Below, in pieces: positions 19,107-29,781 of a DNA stretch of 64,000 bases (position 1 is its first letter; each line of letters begins with the position of its first letter). Below the pieces are notes generated by a model. It was given only the letters and a program-made list of their open reading frames with translations. It had not been told where the DNA came from and searched no databases. Location: assembly GCA_963765765.1 (NCBI GenBank), contig CAVXYC010000020.1, positions 192,001-256,000 on the forward strand. Direction: 5' to 3'. Source of the stretch: an uncultured Chloroflexia bacterium. GTDB lineage: Bacteria > Chloroflexota > UBA6077 > JACCZL01. The position numbers were made by a program, and so were the translations under genes.

Positions 19107-20489
19107 AGCGTGCGGCCTCCCTTCCTGCTATTCGGCCGAAGACAGATCCAATGGTGAGTCCAAAGCCGGCAAGGTAACCGCGGCCAAGAATATTGCCCGC
19201 CATCACTTCACCAGCGGCGAACATGTTCTCCGACGGCCTGTCATCTTGCATCACAACCCGAGCCTGCTCATCCACATTGACGCCGAGGTAGGTGAACGTG
19301 ATCCCCGGCCGCAGCGGATAGGCAAAGAATGGGGGAGTGTCCACAGGCACCGCCCAATGACTCTTGGGCGGGTCGATGCCTTCGGTGTGGCAGTCGTCCA
19401 GGACACTTGAATCGAAGGTGCCTGGTTTGATCGCGGCGTTGAACTCATCCACCGTCTGACGCAAGTGCCCCCCGTCGAGCTCCAGATGGCCGGCCATCTC
19501 ATCAAGCGAAGCCGCCTCAATCGGAGGAAACACCGACGGCATAAAACGGCCCATCGCCTTGGAATCCACGATCGAATAGGCGATCTGGTCTGGCTCGCGA
19601 GCAATAAGCCCGCCCCAGATAGCGTAGCGTTTGGGCCAGAAATCTTCGCCCTCGTCATAGAAGCGCTCGGCGTTCCGATTCACCACCAGGCCGAACGGTA
19701 CGCTATCCAGACGCGTCACGATTCCGCCGTCGAACTTCGGGGCTCGCGCGTCCACAGCCACGGCGTGGAACTCCCGCTCGTTCCCGTGTGGCTTGGCACC
19801 ATGCTCCAGTAACGACGCCAGCATCTTGCCGTCATTGGCTCGAGCGCCGCGAATGATGAAGTTGTCCGCCGCATCGCCCCAGTAGCGCTTGAGCCACTCG
19901 ATGTTCGCCTCGAAGCCGCCAGACGCGACCACTACGGAGTTGGCCCGAACCTCGGCTTCTTCACCTCGATATGTGACGTTGGCGCTCTCAAAGCGACCGT
20001 TGCGGATGTTCAGAAATCGTGCTTCCGTGTCATAGAGGATGCGCACGTCCAGCTTCTGAGCGTGAGCGTAGTAGGCGTTGATCATCGCCTTGCCGCCGCC
20101 CAGGAAGAACGCGTTGGTGCGGGCGAGGCCGAGGGTCGCCTTCAACGGCGGCTGGAACATGACGCCATGCGCCGGCATCCAGTCGCCTAAGTCCTCGGAG
20201 CCGCGCAAGACGATGCGTGCGAGGTGCTCGGTAGTCTCGCCGTGCGTGACCCGTACGAGATCGTCCCAGAACTCGTCCTCGAGGTAGGGTCCGGTGACGT
20301 ACTGGGTGGCGCCCTCATGCATGTATCGGATGTCGCGCGTGTGGCGGCTATTGCCCCTCGCGTGTGGTCCGCGGCGCCCTCGATTAGCAGCACGCTGGCG
20401 CCGCCCTCCGCCGCGCTGATCGCGGCGCACAGCGCGGCATTCCCGCCCCCAATGACCAGCACGTCTGGAGGACTATCGAAGAGCGTCAC
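19093..20489 (-). CDS. tcuA: FAD-dependent tricarballylate dehydrogenase TcuA, frameshifted in a G run near 20355
   Basis: DVLVIGGGNAALCAA..HTRG then (G)NSRHTR in another frame; ARTNAFFLGGGK, DEGEDFWPKRYAIWG, YLAGFGLTIG. Confidence 0.88.
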
Positions 20490-20541
20490 GTGTTCTCACT
20501 ATCCCCTCAATCATTTCCCGGCCGCGTGGACAATCCTGCCA

Positions 20542-20641
20542 CGTCCGAGCGGCGACCGTAAGCGAGCGGTCCTTCTGCGACCACAACCGACCACCGGGAT
20601 CACGCGAGAAGAACCGCTCGCTTACAGTCGCCGCTCGGACG
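20542..20641. repeat. REPIN-like inverted repeat (GCGACCGTAAG family)
   Basis: cgtccgagcggcgaccgtaagcgagcggt / accgctcgcttacagtcgccgctcggacg. Confidence 0.85.
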
Positions 20642-20665
20642 GTGCTGTCGATCGCAGAGCTTAAC

Positions 20666-21778
20666 CTACGCTGGCACGGCCAGCAATTCGCGCATTCTGG
20701 GTGTCACACCGCTTTTTGCGCACTCTTGTTCGTAGAGATCAAGGATGCGCGGGTCCTCATCTTCGTATTCCACCTGGTGGCCGCCGTCCTTCACAGATTT
20801 GTCCATGGCCTCGTAGCCGGCTCGCTGCCAATCGAAGACACGGTAGCGAGCGCCACCGAATGCGAGCGCCAGGTAACGGGATGAAGCATTGGCGGTATTG
20901 AAGTGCTGGTGGAAGGTCGGCCCGTCCGGCGGCGCGTAAAGCGTTCCCGGCTTCCAGTCCACACGGACCGTATTTAACGGATCCTCGCCCTCCTGCCAGA
21001 GCAAGCTATAGCCATGACCCGTTACGCACCAGATGTGATATCCCGCGCCATGACGGTGCGCCTTCTTATACGTGCCCACTTCAAACTCTGAGATGTGCGC
21101 ATGCATGGTGCTGTCTGCCAGGCAGAACTGCACGTTACGACTGCCGCCGCCAGCGCCACGCTCTTTCCATTCGGGAAGCTGGAAGCTGGTCAGGTCGGCG
21201 ACGAAGTTGGTTTCCCACTGATGCCGACCGGGCTTGACCGCACGGAACTCGCCTTCGCCGGTGAAGTATCGAGCCTCCTTGGCGCGCTCACTGAAGTCGA
21301 AGTCGTTGTCAAAAACGAATCGCGGGCTGTGCATAAGATTCAGGATCAGCGGAAGGTTTGTCAACGCCGCGAAGCGCGCCGGCTCAGACCCCGATCCATT
21401 GAAGTGCTGGTGCGGCGCATTCATCGGGATACCGAACAGGCTACCGGGACCCCACTCAAATGTATGGCGTAAGCCACCGGGCATTTCCACGGTCGTGGCG
21501 CCCCGGCCGGACACCACATAGATGACCTTGTCATGCATGTGTTTCTCGGGCTTCAGATGCCCACCCGCTGGAATCTCCGCGAGGTAACACGAAGCCAGAT
21601 CACCCCGGCCAGCCAGGTGAATGTACGCGCCCAGTCCACCGAGCCGTTCCCACGGCTCCAGCGGCAGCGTCAGGCAGTCGACCGCATAGGCCTCAACAAT
21701 GGGTATGCCCTCCGTCTTGAGGAAGTCACCGTATGAATCGATTTGGTAGAAGGGGTTAACGCCGGGCTGATCTGACAA
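20666..21778 (-). CDS. Bicupin protein (gentisate 1,2-dioxygenase-like fold), paralog 2
   Basis: Two cupin His motifs: EKHMHD..PMNAPHQHFN and KAHRHG..FHQHFNT. Confidence 0.8.
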   Translation of the reverse strand: MSDQPGVNPFYQIDSYGDFLKTEGIPIVEAYAVDCLTLPLEPWERLGGLGAYIHLAGRGDLASCYLAEIPAGGHLKPEKHMHDKVIYVVSGRGATTVEMPGGLRHTFEWGPGSLFGIPMNAPHQHFNGSGSEPARFAALTNLPLILNLMHSPRFVFDNDFDFSERAKEARYFTGEGEFRAVKPGRHQWETNFVADLTSFQLPEWKERGAGGGSRNVQFCLADSTMHAHISEFEVGTYKKAHRHGAGYHIWCVTGHGYSLLWQEGEDPLNTVRVDWKPGTLYAPPDGPTFHQHFNTANASSRYLALAFGGARYRVFDWQRAGYEAMDKSVKDGGHQVEYEDEDPRILDLYEQECAKSGVTPRMRELLAVPA

Positions 21779-21854
21779 TGTTGATGGTCCTTGTTTTCAG
21801 TTCGGGGACTATTGCGTCCCAGGTTCGAATTCGAGCTCCAACCAACTGAATCCG

Positions 21855-21943
21855 TGTCATCCTGAGCGTCTAGCGAAGGATCTATCCCGCCGAAGTCCTT
21901 GAGCCCGTTGGGATAGGTCCTTCGCTAGACGCTCAGGATGACA
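21855..21943. repeat. TGTCATCCTGAGCG..GCGAAGGATCT palindromic repeat
   Basis: tgtcatcctgagcgtctagcgaaggatctatccc / gggataggtccttcgctagacgctcaggatgaca, near-perfect 34 bp. Confidence 0.88.
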
Positions 21944-21949
21944 GGGCGC

Positions 21950-23074
21950 TCACATTCGCCGCCCTACGACGCGCGCCAAGAACTGCTGCATCTGCGGCTC
22001 CACGCCGTTCTTCGCGCACTCCTGACGATAGAGATCGAAGATTCGCGGATCCTCGTTCTCGTACTCAATCTGGTTGCCGCCCTCGTCGGTGGACTTGTCC
22101 ATGTTCTCGTAGCTCGCCTTGCGGCTCTCAAACACCTGGTAGCGCATCCCGCCAAACCCCAGCGCAAGGTATCGCGACGAGGCGTTCGCGGTATTGAAAT
22201 GCTGGTGATAGGTGGGTCCGTCCGGCGGCGCGTACAGCGTGCCTGGCTTCCAATCCACCCGTACTGTGTCGACGGGATTCTCACCCTCCCGCCAGAGCAG
22301 CGAGTAGCCGCCGCCCGTGACACAGAAAATGTGCGCGCCAGCCCCATGACGATGCGCCTTTTTGTATTTGCCGATACCAAACTCGGAGATGTGTGCGTGC
22401 ATCGTGCTGTCGGCCAGGCAGAACTGGATGTTCCTACCGCCTGCGCCTCGTGCTTGCCACTCAGGAAGCTGGAAGCTTGTCAGGTCAGGAACGAAGTTCG
22501 TCTCCCACTGATGTCGTCCTGGCTTGACCGATCGGAACTCACCCTCGCCCGCGAAGTAGCGCGCCTCTTTGGCCCGCTCACTGAAGTCGAAGTCGTTATC
22601 GAAGATGAATCGCTCACTGTGAAAGAGGTTGATGAGAATCGGCAGATTGGTCACTGCCGCGATGCGTGTAGGCTCCGAGCCGGATCCGTTGAAATGCTGG
22701 TGAGGTGCGTTCATCGGAACGCCGAAGAGGCTGCCCGGCCCCCATTCGAATGAATGCTTTACGCCGCCCGGCATCTCGACGGTTGTCGCGCCACGACCAG
22801 AAATCACATACATGAGCTTGTCATGCATGTGCTTCTCGGGCTTCAGATGGCCACCGGCGGGGATCTCAACGAGATAGGAGCTCAGCATGTCGCCGCGACC
22901 GACCAGGTGAATGTAGGCGCCCAGTCCGCCAAGGCGGTTCCACGGTTCCAGAGGTTGTGTGAGACAGTCGACGGCATACGCTTCGATAACTGGAATGCCC
23001 TCCGACTTCACGAAATCGCCGTAGGAATTCACCTGGTAAAAGGGATTCACGCCCGGCTGGTCAGACATCGTCAT
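21950..23074 (-). CDS. Bicupin protein, paralog 1
   Basis: Same motifs as 20666-21778 with long identical stretches. AAGGAGG RBS before the ATG at 23074. Confidence 0.8.
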   Translation of the reverse strand: MTMSDQPGVNPFYQVNSYGDFVKSEGIPVIEAYAVDCLTQPLEPWNRLGGLGAYIHLVGRGDMLSSYLVEIPAGGHLKPEKHMHDKLMYVISGRGATTVEMPGGVKHSFEWGPGSLFGVPMNAPHQHFNGSGSEPTRIAAVTNLPILINLFHSERFIFDNDFDFSERAKEARYFAGEGEFRSVKPGRHQWETNFVPDLTSFQLPEWQARGAGGRNIQFCLADSTMHAHISEFGIGKYKKAHRHGAGAHIFCVTGGGYSLLWREGENPVDTVRVDWKPGTLYAPPDGPTYHQHFNTANASSRYLALGFGGMRYQVFESRKASYENMDKSTDEGGNQIEYENEDPRIFDLYRQECAKNGVEPQMQQFLARVVGRRM

Positions 23075-23141
23075 GGCGTCCTCCTTGTGCGTGCTAGTTA
23101 AGTGCACCGTCCTGTTCCGCCGCGCTCGTGTAATGGAAATT

Positions 23142-24005
23142 CTAGCCTGTCCACGCGTCGCGGAATGCGCACAAGCCGTTCAGATGATCGTCGATCGATT
23201 CGCAACCGGTGTTCAGCGTATTCGCTGTGAGGTACGTCGCCCCGGCCGCCTGCCACGCTTGCCCTGCCTTCACGGCGGCGTCGATGCCGCCGGGCACGAT
23301 CTTGGCGCCCGCGTCTACCCCAAATCTACCTACTTCGCGGCCTTCTTCGGCGAGAACACCTGCGACTCGATCCATGAAAGGAGCGATCTGGTCGGGTGTC
23401 AGCTGCTGGGGCATGAAGCCGTCGGCAATGCGAGCCGCGCGTCTAAGTACGACATCGGCTCGCCCACCCAGCCAGAGCGGTATGTGCCCGCCTTGGGGGC
23501 GAGGCGCAATCCCGGCTCGATCTATGTGATGGTACTCGCCGTTGAATGTGACGCTTTCCGTTGACCAGAGCGCGCGCATCACGGCTACCTGCTCTTCGAA
23601 CCGATGTCCGCGAGTCTTGAACGTCTCGCCAAGCCCTTCCATCTCGATCTCATTCCAGCCGACTCCCAGACCGAGGCGTAGACAACCGCCGGACAAGACC
23701 GAAATCTCCGCGGCTTGCTTCGCTACGAGCGGCGCTTGCCGCTGCGGCAGCACGAGCACTCGGCTGACCAGCTCGAGGCGCTCCGTACACGCGGCGAGAT
23801 ATCCGAAGAGCACAAAGATCTCATGGAACTCGTCCTTCAAGGAATACGCGCCGGACCAACCAGGACGGTCTGCATCAACACCGAGGACGTGATCGTAGAC
23901 CGCCAGGCAGTCATACCCCAGCGATTCGACTGTCTGCGCGAACCGGCGGATGTCGGCAGGATCGTTACCGATCTCTGTCTGTGGAAATACGGCCCCAAGT
24001 TTCAT
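23142..24005 (-). CDS. LLM-class (probably F420-dependent) oxidoreductase
   Basis: MKLGAVFPQTEIG, VYDHVLG, LVLPQRQ..LVAKQAA, LGLGVGWN. Confidence 0.88.
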   Translation of the reverse strand: MKLGAVFPQTEIGNDPADIRRFAQTVESLGYDCLAVYDHVLGVDADRPGWSGAYSLKDEFHEIFVLFGYLAACTERLELVSRVLVLPQRQAPLVAKQAAEISVLSGGCLRLGLGVGWNEIEMEGLGETFKTRGHRFEEQVAVMRALWSTESVTFNGEYHHIDRAGIAPRPQGGHIPLWLGGRADVVLRRAARIADGFMPQQLTPDQIAPFMDRVAGVLAEEGREVGRFGVDAGAKIVPGGIDAAVKAGQAWQAAGATYLTANTLNTGCESIDDHLNGLCAFRDAWTG

Positions 24006-24180
24006 TGCATATCTCCCAGGAATCGCGGATCCATCCACCGGCGTCTCGGGCCGTCAAGCAGTTCTCAAGCGCCCGATCCACAGCGACGCGTTGTCCGGGC
24101 CGAACTATATCAAGGGTCTTGTTTGACACCAGACGAGTACACTTGAAGTGAGTACGCATTCACTGTTCTGGAGATCTTTA

Positions 24181-26742
24181 ATGCTGAGCGAGGCCGAATC
24201 TTTCGCCGACTCCTACCGCCTTCCGCGCAATGTGATTCCAAATCACTACGACCTCGCGATCTCCGTGAACCTCGAGGAGGGCTCGTTTACCGGCTCTGAG
24301 CGTATCGATATCAGCGTCATGGATCCTTCTACTCAGGTGACCATGAACGCAGCCGAGCTAACCGTGGAGACCGCCTCGATCACCGGGACCGACGGACAAA
24401 CGCAAGCTGCGCAAGTCTCGGTGGATGCCGAGAACCAGCGCATATCGCTCACAACCGAAAATTCTGTGCCAGTGGGTGAAGCTCAGATTCACATCAAGTT
24501 TGCCGGCGTGCTGAGCGATCGACTGCATGGCTTTTATCGAAGCACCTACCGCGATACGAACGGTGAAGAGCAGATCATCGCCACAACGCAGTTCGAGCCG
24601 ACAGATGCTCGTCACGCCTTCCCATGTTGGGACGAACCGGATCTCAAAGCGACGTATCAGCTCGCACTCGAGATCCCGTCTAACCTGACAGCCATCTCCA
24701 ACACGGCAATCGAGTCGGAGACCGAGCTAAGCGGCGGCCGAACCCGAGTGCAATTCGGTCGAACGATGAAGATGTCCACGTACCTCGTGGCGTACGTCGT
24801 TGGAAAACTTGTGGCGACGGAACCCGTAACGGTCGGTAATGTGCCGCTGCGCGTCGTCTGCGTTCCTGGTAAGGAGCATCTCTCGCAGTTCGCGCTCGAT
24901 GTCGGTGCATTCTCGCTCGACTTTTTCGCCAACTACTATGGAATCCCGTACCCGGGCGACAAAGTCGACCTCATTGCCATTCCGGACTTCGCCTCTGGCG
25001 CTATGGAGAATCTGGGGGCAATCACGTTTCGGGAGACGGCGCTTCTGGCCGATCCTGCAGTTTCCGCTCGAGGTGACCTGGAGCGCGTCGCTGACGTCGT
25101 TGCCCACGAGCTCGCCCACATGTGGTTTGGCGACCTGGTCACGATGCGATGGTGGAACGGAATCTGGCTGAACGAGGCCTTCGCAACGTTCATGGAGATG
25201 CTGGCAGTCGACGCGTTCAAGCCAGCCTGGAACCGATGGACAAGCTTCGGCCTCAGCCGATCGGCCGCCATGGCAACTGACAGCCTGGCCTCAACCCGGC
25301 CTATCGAATACCCGGTGCGGCTGCCTTCAGAGGCCGAGGGCATGTTCGACATCCTGACGTACGAGAAGGGCGGCGCGGTGCTGCGCATGCTGGAGCAGTA
25401 CATCGATCCGAAGGTCTTTCAGCAGGGCGTGTCGCAGTATCTCGAAGAGCACGCGTACGACAATACCGAAACGACCGATCTGTGGGATTCAATTGAGGCA
25501 GCCTCCGGTCAACCAGTTCGCAAGATGATGGATACCTGGATCTTCCAGGGCGGGTATCCGCTGGTGACAGTAGAACGCGAAGGAAACCAGCTTCGCGCTT
25601 CCCAGCGACGCTTCCGGTATCTTCCCGAATCGAATGGCGAGGCACACTGGGACGTGCCGATTATGGTCCGCTCCGGCGGAACCGCGGGGGGAACGACGCA
25701 GCGTGCACTCATGACCGAATCCAGCGTGTCGATTCCGCTGGACGATCCCGATGCACCGCTAGTGGTGAATCCCGGCGGTCACGGCTTCTACCGAGTACGC
25801 TACTCCCGCGAGCTCCTGGACCGACTCACGTCGAATATCCAGTCGCTCGACGCCATTGAGCGATTTAATCTGGTGGCCGATACCTGGGCCAGCACCGTTG
25901 CCGGGTTGAGTCCCGTGGCGGATGCGCTTGCGCTCGTAAGTGGGCTGGGAGGCGAACGAGACCGAAACGTCTGGCGCTCTGTGCTCGATATCCTCGGCTA
26001 CATCAGCAGAAGCCTGGAGGATTCGCAGCTTCCAGGGCTCCAGCGACAAGTCCGTGATCTTATCCAGCCAGCGCTTGACGCCATTGGCTGGGATCCGCGC
26101 CTGGGCGAATCTGAGGACGACAGTCAGCTTCGCGCAACCCTTGTTAGGGGACTGGCAGTGCTCGGGAACGACCCAAAGGCGCAGGAAGAAGCAAACGCGC
26201 GCTTCCAACGCTACCTGGACGATCCGCGTTCGGTGGATCCAAACCTCGTACCGGCGCTGATCGGCGTCGCGGCCTTCACGGGCGACGAAGCAGAATACGA
26301 GCGTTTTGTGGAACGTTACACAAAGGCAAGAACACCTCAAGAGGAGCAGAGGTTCTTGTTCGCACGCTCTGAATTCCAACAGCCCGAGCTTCTTCGGCGC
26401 ACGCTCGAAGACAGCCTGACGGATGCCGTTCGTACACAGGACGCTCCCTATCTCATCGCCGCGGTCATGATGAACCGAGATGGCTCAGAGCTCGCATGGA
26501 GATTTGTGAAGGAACACTGGAGGGAGATCAATCAGCGCTATCCCGCCAACACCATCCCACGCATGAGCGCGGCCATCACTGCCCTGGTCCGGCGCCACCT
26601 CTATGAGGACGCCAGGAATTTCTACAACGAAAATCCCGTTCCACAAGCAGGCAAGATGATCGAGCAATACCTCGAGCGCCTGCTCGTGGCAGTAACGTTC
26701 CGCGAGCGCGAAGCGTCCGCCCTTTCGACCGCGTTCGCCTGA
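24181..26742 (+). CDS. pepN: M1 family aminopeptidase (PepN/ERAP1-like C-terminus)
   Basis: TQFEPTDARHAFPCWDEP, GAMEN, HELAHMW..LNEAFA, YEKG. Confidence 0.95.
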   Translation: MLSEAESFADSYRLPRNVIPNHYDLAISVNLEEGSFTGSERIDISVMDPSTQVTMNAAELTVETASITGTDGQTQAAQVSVDAENQRISLTTENSVPVGEAQIHIKFAGVLSDRLHGFYRSTYRDTNGEEQIIATTQFEPTDARHAFPCWDEPDLKATYQLALEIPSNLTAISNTAIESETELSGGRTRVQFGRTMKMSTYLVAYVVGKLVATEPVTVGNVPLRVVCVPGKEHLSQFALDVGAFSLDFFANYYGIPYPGDKVDLIAIPDFASGAMENLGAITFRETALLADPAVSARGDLERVADVVAHELAHMWFGDLVTMRWWNGIWLNEAFATFMEMLAVDAFKPAWNRWTSFGLSRSAAMATDSLASTRPIEYPVRLPSEAEGMFDILTYEKGGAVLRMLEQYIDPKVFQQGVSQYLEEHAYDNTETTDLWDSIEAASGQPVRKMMDTWIFQGGYPLVTVEREGNQLRASQRRFRYLPESNGEAHWDVPIMVRSGGTAGGTTQRALMTESSVSIPLDDPDAPLVVNPGGHGFYRVRYSRELLDRLTSNIQSLDAIERFNLVADTWASTVAGLSPVADALALVSGLGGERDRNVWRSVLDILGYISRSLEDSQLPGLQRQVRDLIQPALDAIGWDPRLGESEDDSQLRATLVRGLAVLGNDPKAQEEANARFQRYLDDPRSVDPNLVPALIGVAAFTGDEAEYERFVERYTKARTPQEEQRFLFARSEFQQPELLRRTLEDSLTDAVRTQDAPYLIAAVMMNRDGSELAWRFVKEHWREINQRYPANTIPRMSAAITALVRRHLYEDARNFYNENPVPQAGKMIEQYLERLLVAVTFREREASALSTAFA

Positions 26743-26859
26743 TCATCTGATCTGAAAGGAATTCCGCCATGCTCTTCCGAAAGAGAATGTTGGTTGGCTC
26801 GGAATCTCGCAACCGATGTTCGAGTTAGACATTGTGAACAGGCAGGTGGAGTGATCACC

Positions 26860-28122
26860 ATGCGCGTAGCCATGCTAAGCGTTCACACATCTCCACTCGC
26901 TCCGCTCGGCGGCTGGGAAACGGGCGGTATGAATGTGTACGTTCGTGAGCTTTCCCGCACCCTCGGGGAACGCGGCATCGCAGTCGATGTGTTCACGAGG
27001 CGGCAAGACTCAGCCCTGGACACCATCAGTGCAATTGGCCCTAACGCACGGCTCATCCAGCTCGACGCTGGCCCGCCACGACACTTCGATAAGTACGCAG
27101 TCCTTGAATATCTGCCCGACCTCGCCTGCAACCTCCAGCGGTTTCGCAACTTCTCAGGTGCACAATACGACGTGATTCACGCGCACTACTGGCTTTCAGG
27201 GCGACTCGCCCTTCCATTCCGAGACCGATGGCGAGCGCCGCTGGTGAGCACCTTTCACACCCTGGGCCGGATGAAAAACGACGTGGCCCAGGATGACGCG
27301 GAGCGCGAAGAGGCGGACCGAATCGACATCGAGCGGCGAGTCATGACGTGCTCCGATCACGTGATCGCCTCGACTCCCGTTGATGAATCGCAGCTCGTAA
27401 AGCTCTATGGAGTCCAGAGCTCAAAGATCTCGGTGGTTTCACCTGGAGTTGACCTGGAGAAGTTTCGACCCTACCGCAAACGCTCGGCGCGAGCTCGATT
27501 AGGTTTTGGAGAAGGTCCGCTGGTGCTTTTCGTTGGCCGTATCCAGCGACTCAAAGGTATCGACATCCTGCTCCGGGCCATCGCGGCACTCGATGAGTAT
27601 TCGCCTGGCTTGCGTCCCACCGTCGCGATAGTGGGCGGAGCGCCCGATCAGGAAAAGGTGGACGCAGAACGACGAGAGATGGAGAGACTCGCCCAGCTCA
27701 GCAAGTCTCTGGGGATCGAGGATCTCGTTGACTTTATGGGAAGTGTCCCGCAGGAAGATCTGCCGAGCTACTACGCCGCGGCCGACGTGACGGTCATGCC
27801 GTCAACATACGAATCATTCGGCCTTGTCGCGCTGGAATCCATGGCGTGCGGGACACCAATTGTGGCCACACGTGTTGGCGGCCTCTCCACGCTCATACGC
27901 GATGGCGAGACAGGCTTCCTGGTGCCCTGGCGCGATCCGTCACTTTTCGCACAGCGGATAGCCACCGTGCTGACGGATGGATCGCTGCACAAGCGTATGC
28001 GACGCCGCGCCCGCGAGCACGCATCCGGCTACGGTTGGTCAGCGGCGGCGGAGGCTACTGTAGCGGTGTACGGGCAGCTGGTCAACAGCCGCGTGGCTCT
28101 GGAGCCCACCGCGTGCATCTGA
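26860..28122 (+). CDS. GT4 glycosyltransferase, MshA-like
   Basis: SVHTSPL..GGMNVYV, HAHYWLSG, HTLG, FVGRIQRLKG, ESFGLVALE. Confidence 0.85.
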   Translation: MRVAMLSVHTSPLAPLGGWETGGMNVYVRELSRTLGERGIAVDVFTRRQDSALDTISAIGPNARLIQLDAGPPRHFDKYAVLEYLPDLACNLQRFRNFSGAQYDVIHAHYWLSGRLALPFRDRWRAPLVSTFHTLGRMKNDVAQDDAEREEADRIDIERRVMTCSDHVIASTPVDESQLVKLYGVQSSKISVVSPGVDLEKFRPYRKRSARARLGFGEGPLVLFVGRIQRLKGIDILLRAIAALDEYSPGLRPTVAIVGGAPDQEKVDAERREMERLAQLSKSLGIEDLVDFMGSVPQEDLPSYYAAADVTVMPSTYESFGLVALESMACGTPIVATRVGGLSTLIRDGETGFLVPWRDPSLFAQRIATVLTDGSLHKRMRRRAREHASGYGWSAAAEATVAVYGQLVNSRVALEPTACI

Positions 28123-28196
28123 GCGGCCGACGAGTCTCCAAGCCTCCTGCCCTCCTCCAGCTCAATCCATACATTCCATGCGTGAGTCATCGTTAA

Positions 28197-28973
28197 ATGA
28201 CCAGTCAGCAGGACGTCGTAGCCGCGCTGGAGGAGATCGCTCCAGCGTGCCTGGCTGAGCCGTGGGACAACGTTGGCTGGCAGGTTCGATGTGACACAAG
28301 CTCCATTACTGGCCTGCTCTGCGCCGTTGATGTGACTGAGGCGGTGCTGGACGAGGCCGCTGCGCGAGGCGTAAATCTCATCATTGCGCATCATCCCACT
28401 CTATTCCATCCCCTGCGCAGCCTGGATGCTGAGTCACGGGTAGGCAGTGTGCTCACCAGGGCGGTGCAAATGAACATCTCGATCATCGCCGCGCACACGA
28501 ACTGGGACTCGGCTCCAGGTGGTATAAGCTGGGCGCTCACCAGGCATCTGGGACTCGACCCAATAGAACCGCTCATATCCTCCGATGTTCGTGAGGAAGC
28601 AGGTCTGGGGATCATCGCTAGGTCGCCAACGCCTCTGACGTCCGAGAGACTCGCCAACTGGGCTCGCCATGAGCTGGGCAGCTCCGTGATCTCAATGGTG
28701 GGCGAAGCTGATGGTCATGAGCGCGTTGCGCTTATGGGCGGCAGCGGCACAAGTGGGATCCTTCGAGCCGCAGAGATCGGCGCCACGCTCTACATTACGG
28801 CCGATGTGCGATACCATGATGCGCAGGAAGCCGAAGGGCTCGGACTATCTTTGTTGGTTATCGATCACGGCGCCAGCGAGCGTCCCGGCATGGCGGAGCT
28901 AGGACGTATCCTGGCCTCGCGTTTGGGAACGCCAGCGAATGTGTCCCAAACGCCCACATCACCATGGCGGTAA
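28197..28973 (+). CDS. Nif3-like dinuclear metal center protein (DUF34)
   Basis: WDNVG, IIAHHP, AHTNWD, ADVRYH, DHGASE. Confidence 0.92.
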   Translation: MTSQQDVVAALEEIAPACLAEPWDNVGWQVRCDTSSITGLLCAVDVTEAVLDEAAARGVNLIIAHHPTLFHPLRSLDAESRVGSVLTRAVQMNISIIAAHTNWDSAPGGISWALTRHLGLDPIEPLISSDVREEAGLGIIARSPTPLTSERLANWARHELGSSVISMVGEADGHERVALMGGSGTSGILRAAEIGATLYITADVRYHDAQEAEGLGLSLLVIDHGASERPGMAELGRILASRLGTPANVSQTPTSPWR

Positions 28974-28981
28974 ATATATAG

Positions 28982-29683
28982 ATGCGACCAATTGACCAGC
29001 TTCTCCCACTCCAGCGACTCGATACGACGCTGGATGGGATTGAACGGCGATTGAATGAGATTCGAGCGGAGCTCCTGGACCGGTCAACGATTCAGGAGAT
29101 CGAAGCGCGACAGGCCGAAGCGGATACCACTCTCTCGTCATTCGAAGCCGATCAGAGAGACATCGATCTCGAGGCTGAGCAGCTTCGGACGAAGCTAAAA
29201 AACGAAGAGACGAAGCTCTACAGCGGAAAAGGCGGCAATCCCAAAGAGCTGAGCGCTCTGACTCAGGAAGTGGAGCAGACAAAGCGCCTTCTGAGTCAAT
29301 GCGAGGATCGGGTCATGGCTCTCATCGCTCAAGCGGATACGGCCAGGGCAGAACGGACCGCGATCACAAGCACGCTGGATCAGCTCAATGAAGAGCGAGC
29401 CGCGCGCGAGGTTGAGTTGAAGAACGAGGCCCGCGGGCTCCTTCGCCAACAGATACAGCTCAAGAAAGACATCGAGTCGGCCCGCGCAGACATCGATCCA
29501 ATGCACCTGCGTCAGTATGATCGTCTGCGTACGTCCAAAGGCGGACTGGCCGTTGTTGAGATTCGTCAGCGCATTTGTCAGGGCTGCCGAGTCTCGCTGA
29601 CCACTCGCGACGAGCATCGCCTGCGTGGCGACGATCTAGTGACTTGTGCGAGCTGCGGCCGAATCCTTTCCGGTAACGTCTAG
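28982..29683 (+). CDS. Coiled-coil C4 zinc-ribbon protein (DUF164-like)
   Basis: Long coiled coil, then CQGC..CASCGRIL; typical neighbour of nif3. Confidence 0.88.
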   Translation: MRPIDQLLPLQRLDTTLDGIERRLNEIRAELLDRSTIQEIEARQAEADTTLSSFEADQRDIDLEAEQLRTKLKNEETKLYSGKGGNPKELSALTQEVEQTKRLLSQCEDRVMALIAQADTARAERTAITSTLDQLNEERAAREVELKNEARGLLRQQIQLKKDIESARADIDPMHLRQYDRLRTSKGGLAVVEIRQRICQGCRVSLTTRDEHRLRGDDLVTCASCGRILSGNV

Positions 29684-29781
29684 GCGGCTCGCTTTGGATC
29701 TCGCGGACATCCATATCCGATATCCACTTGCTCCTGCGTGTAAATTCGCCTTCCCCCTCGCGTAAACAAGAAAACGAGCGA

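Noticed and set aside
20340-20370. Programmed ribosomal frameshifting in tcuA, murC or tuf
   Set aside because: No slippery heptamers or stimulators seen; the pattern fits sequencing indels.
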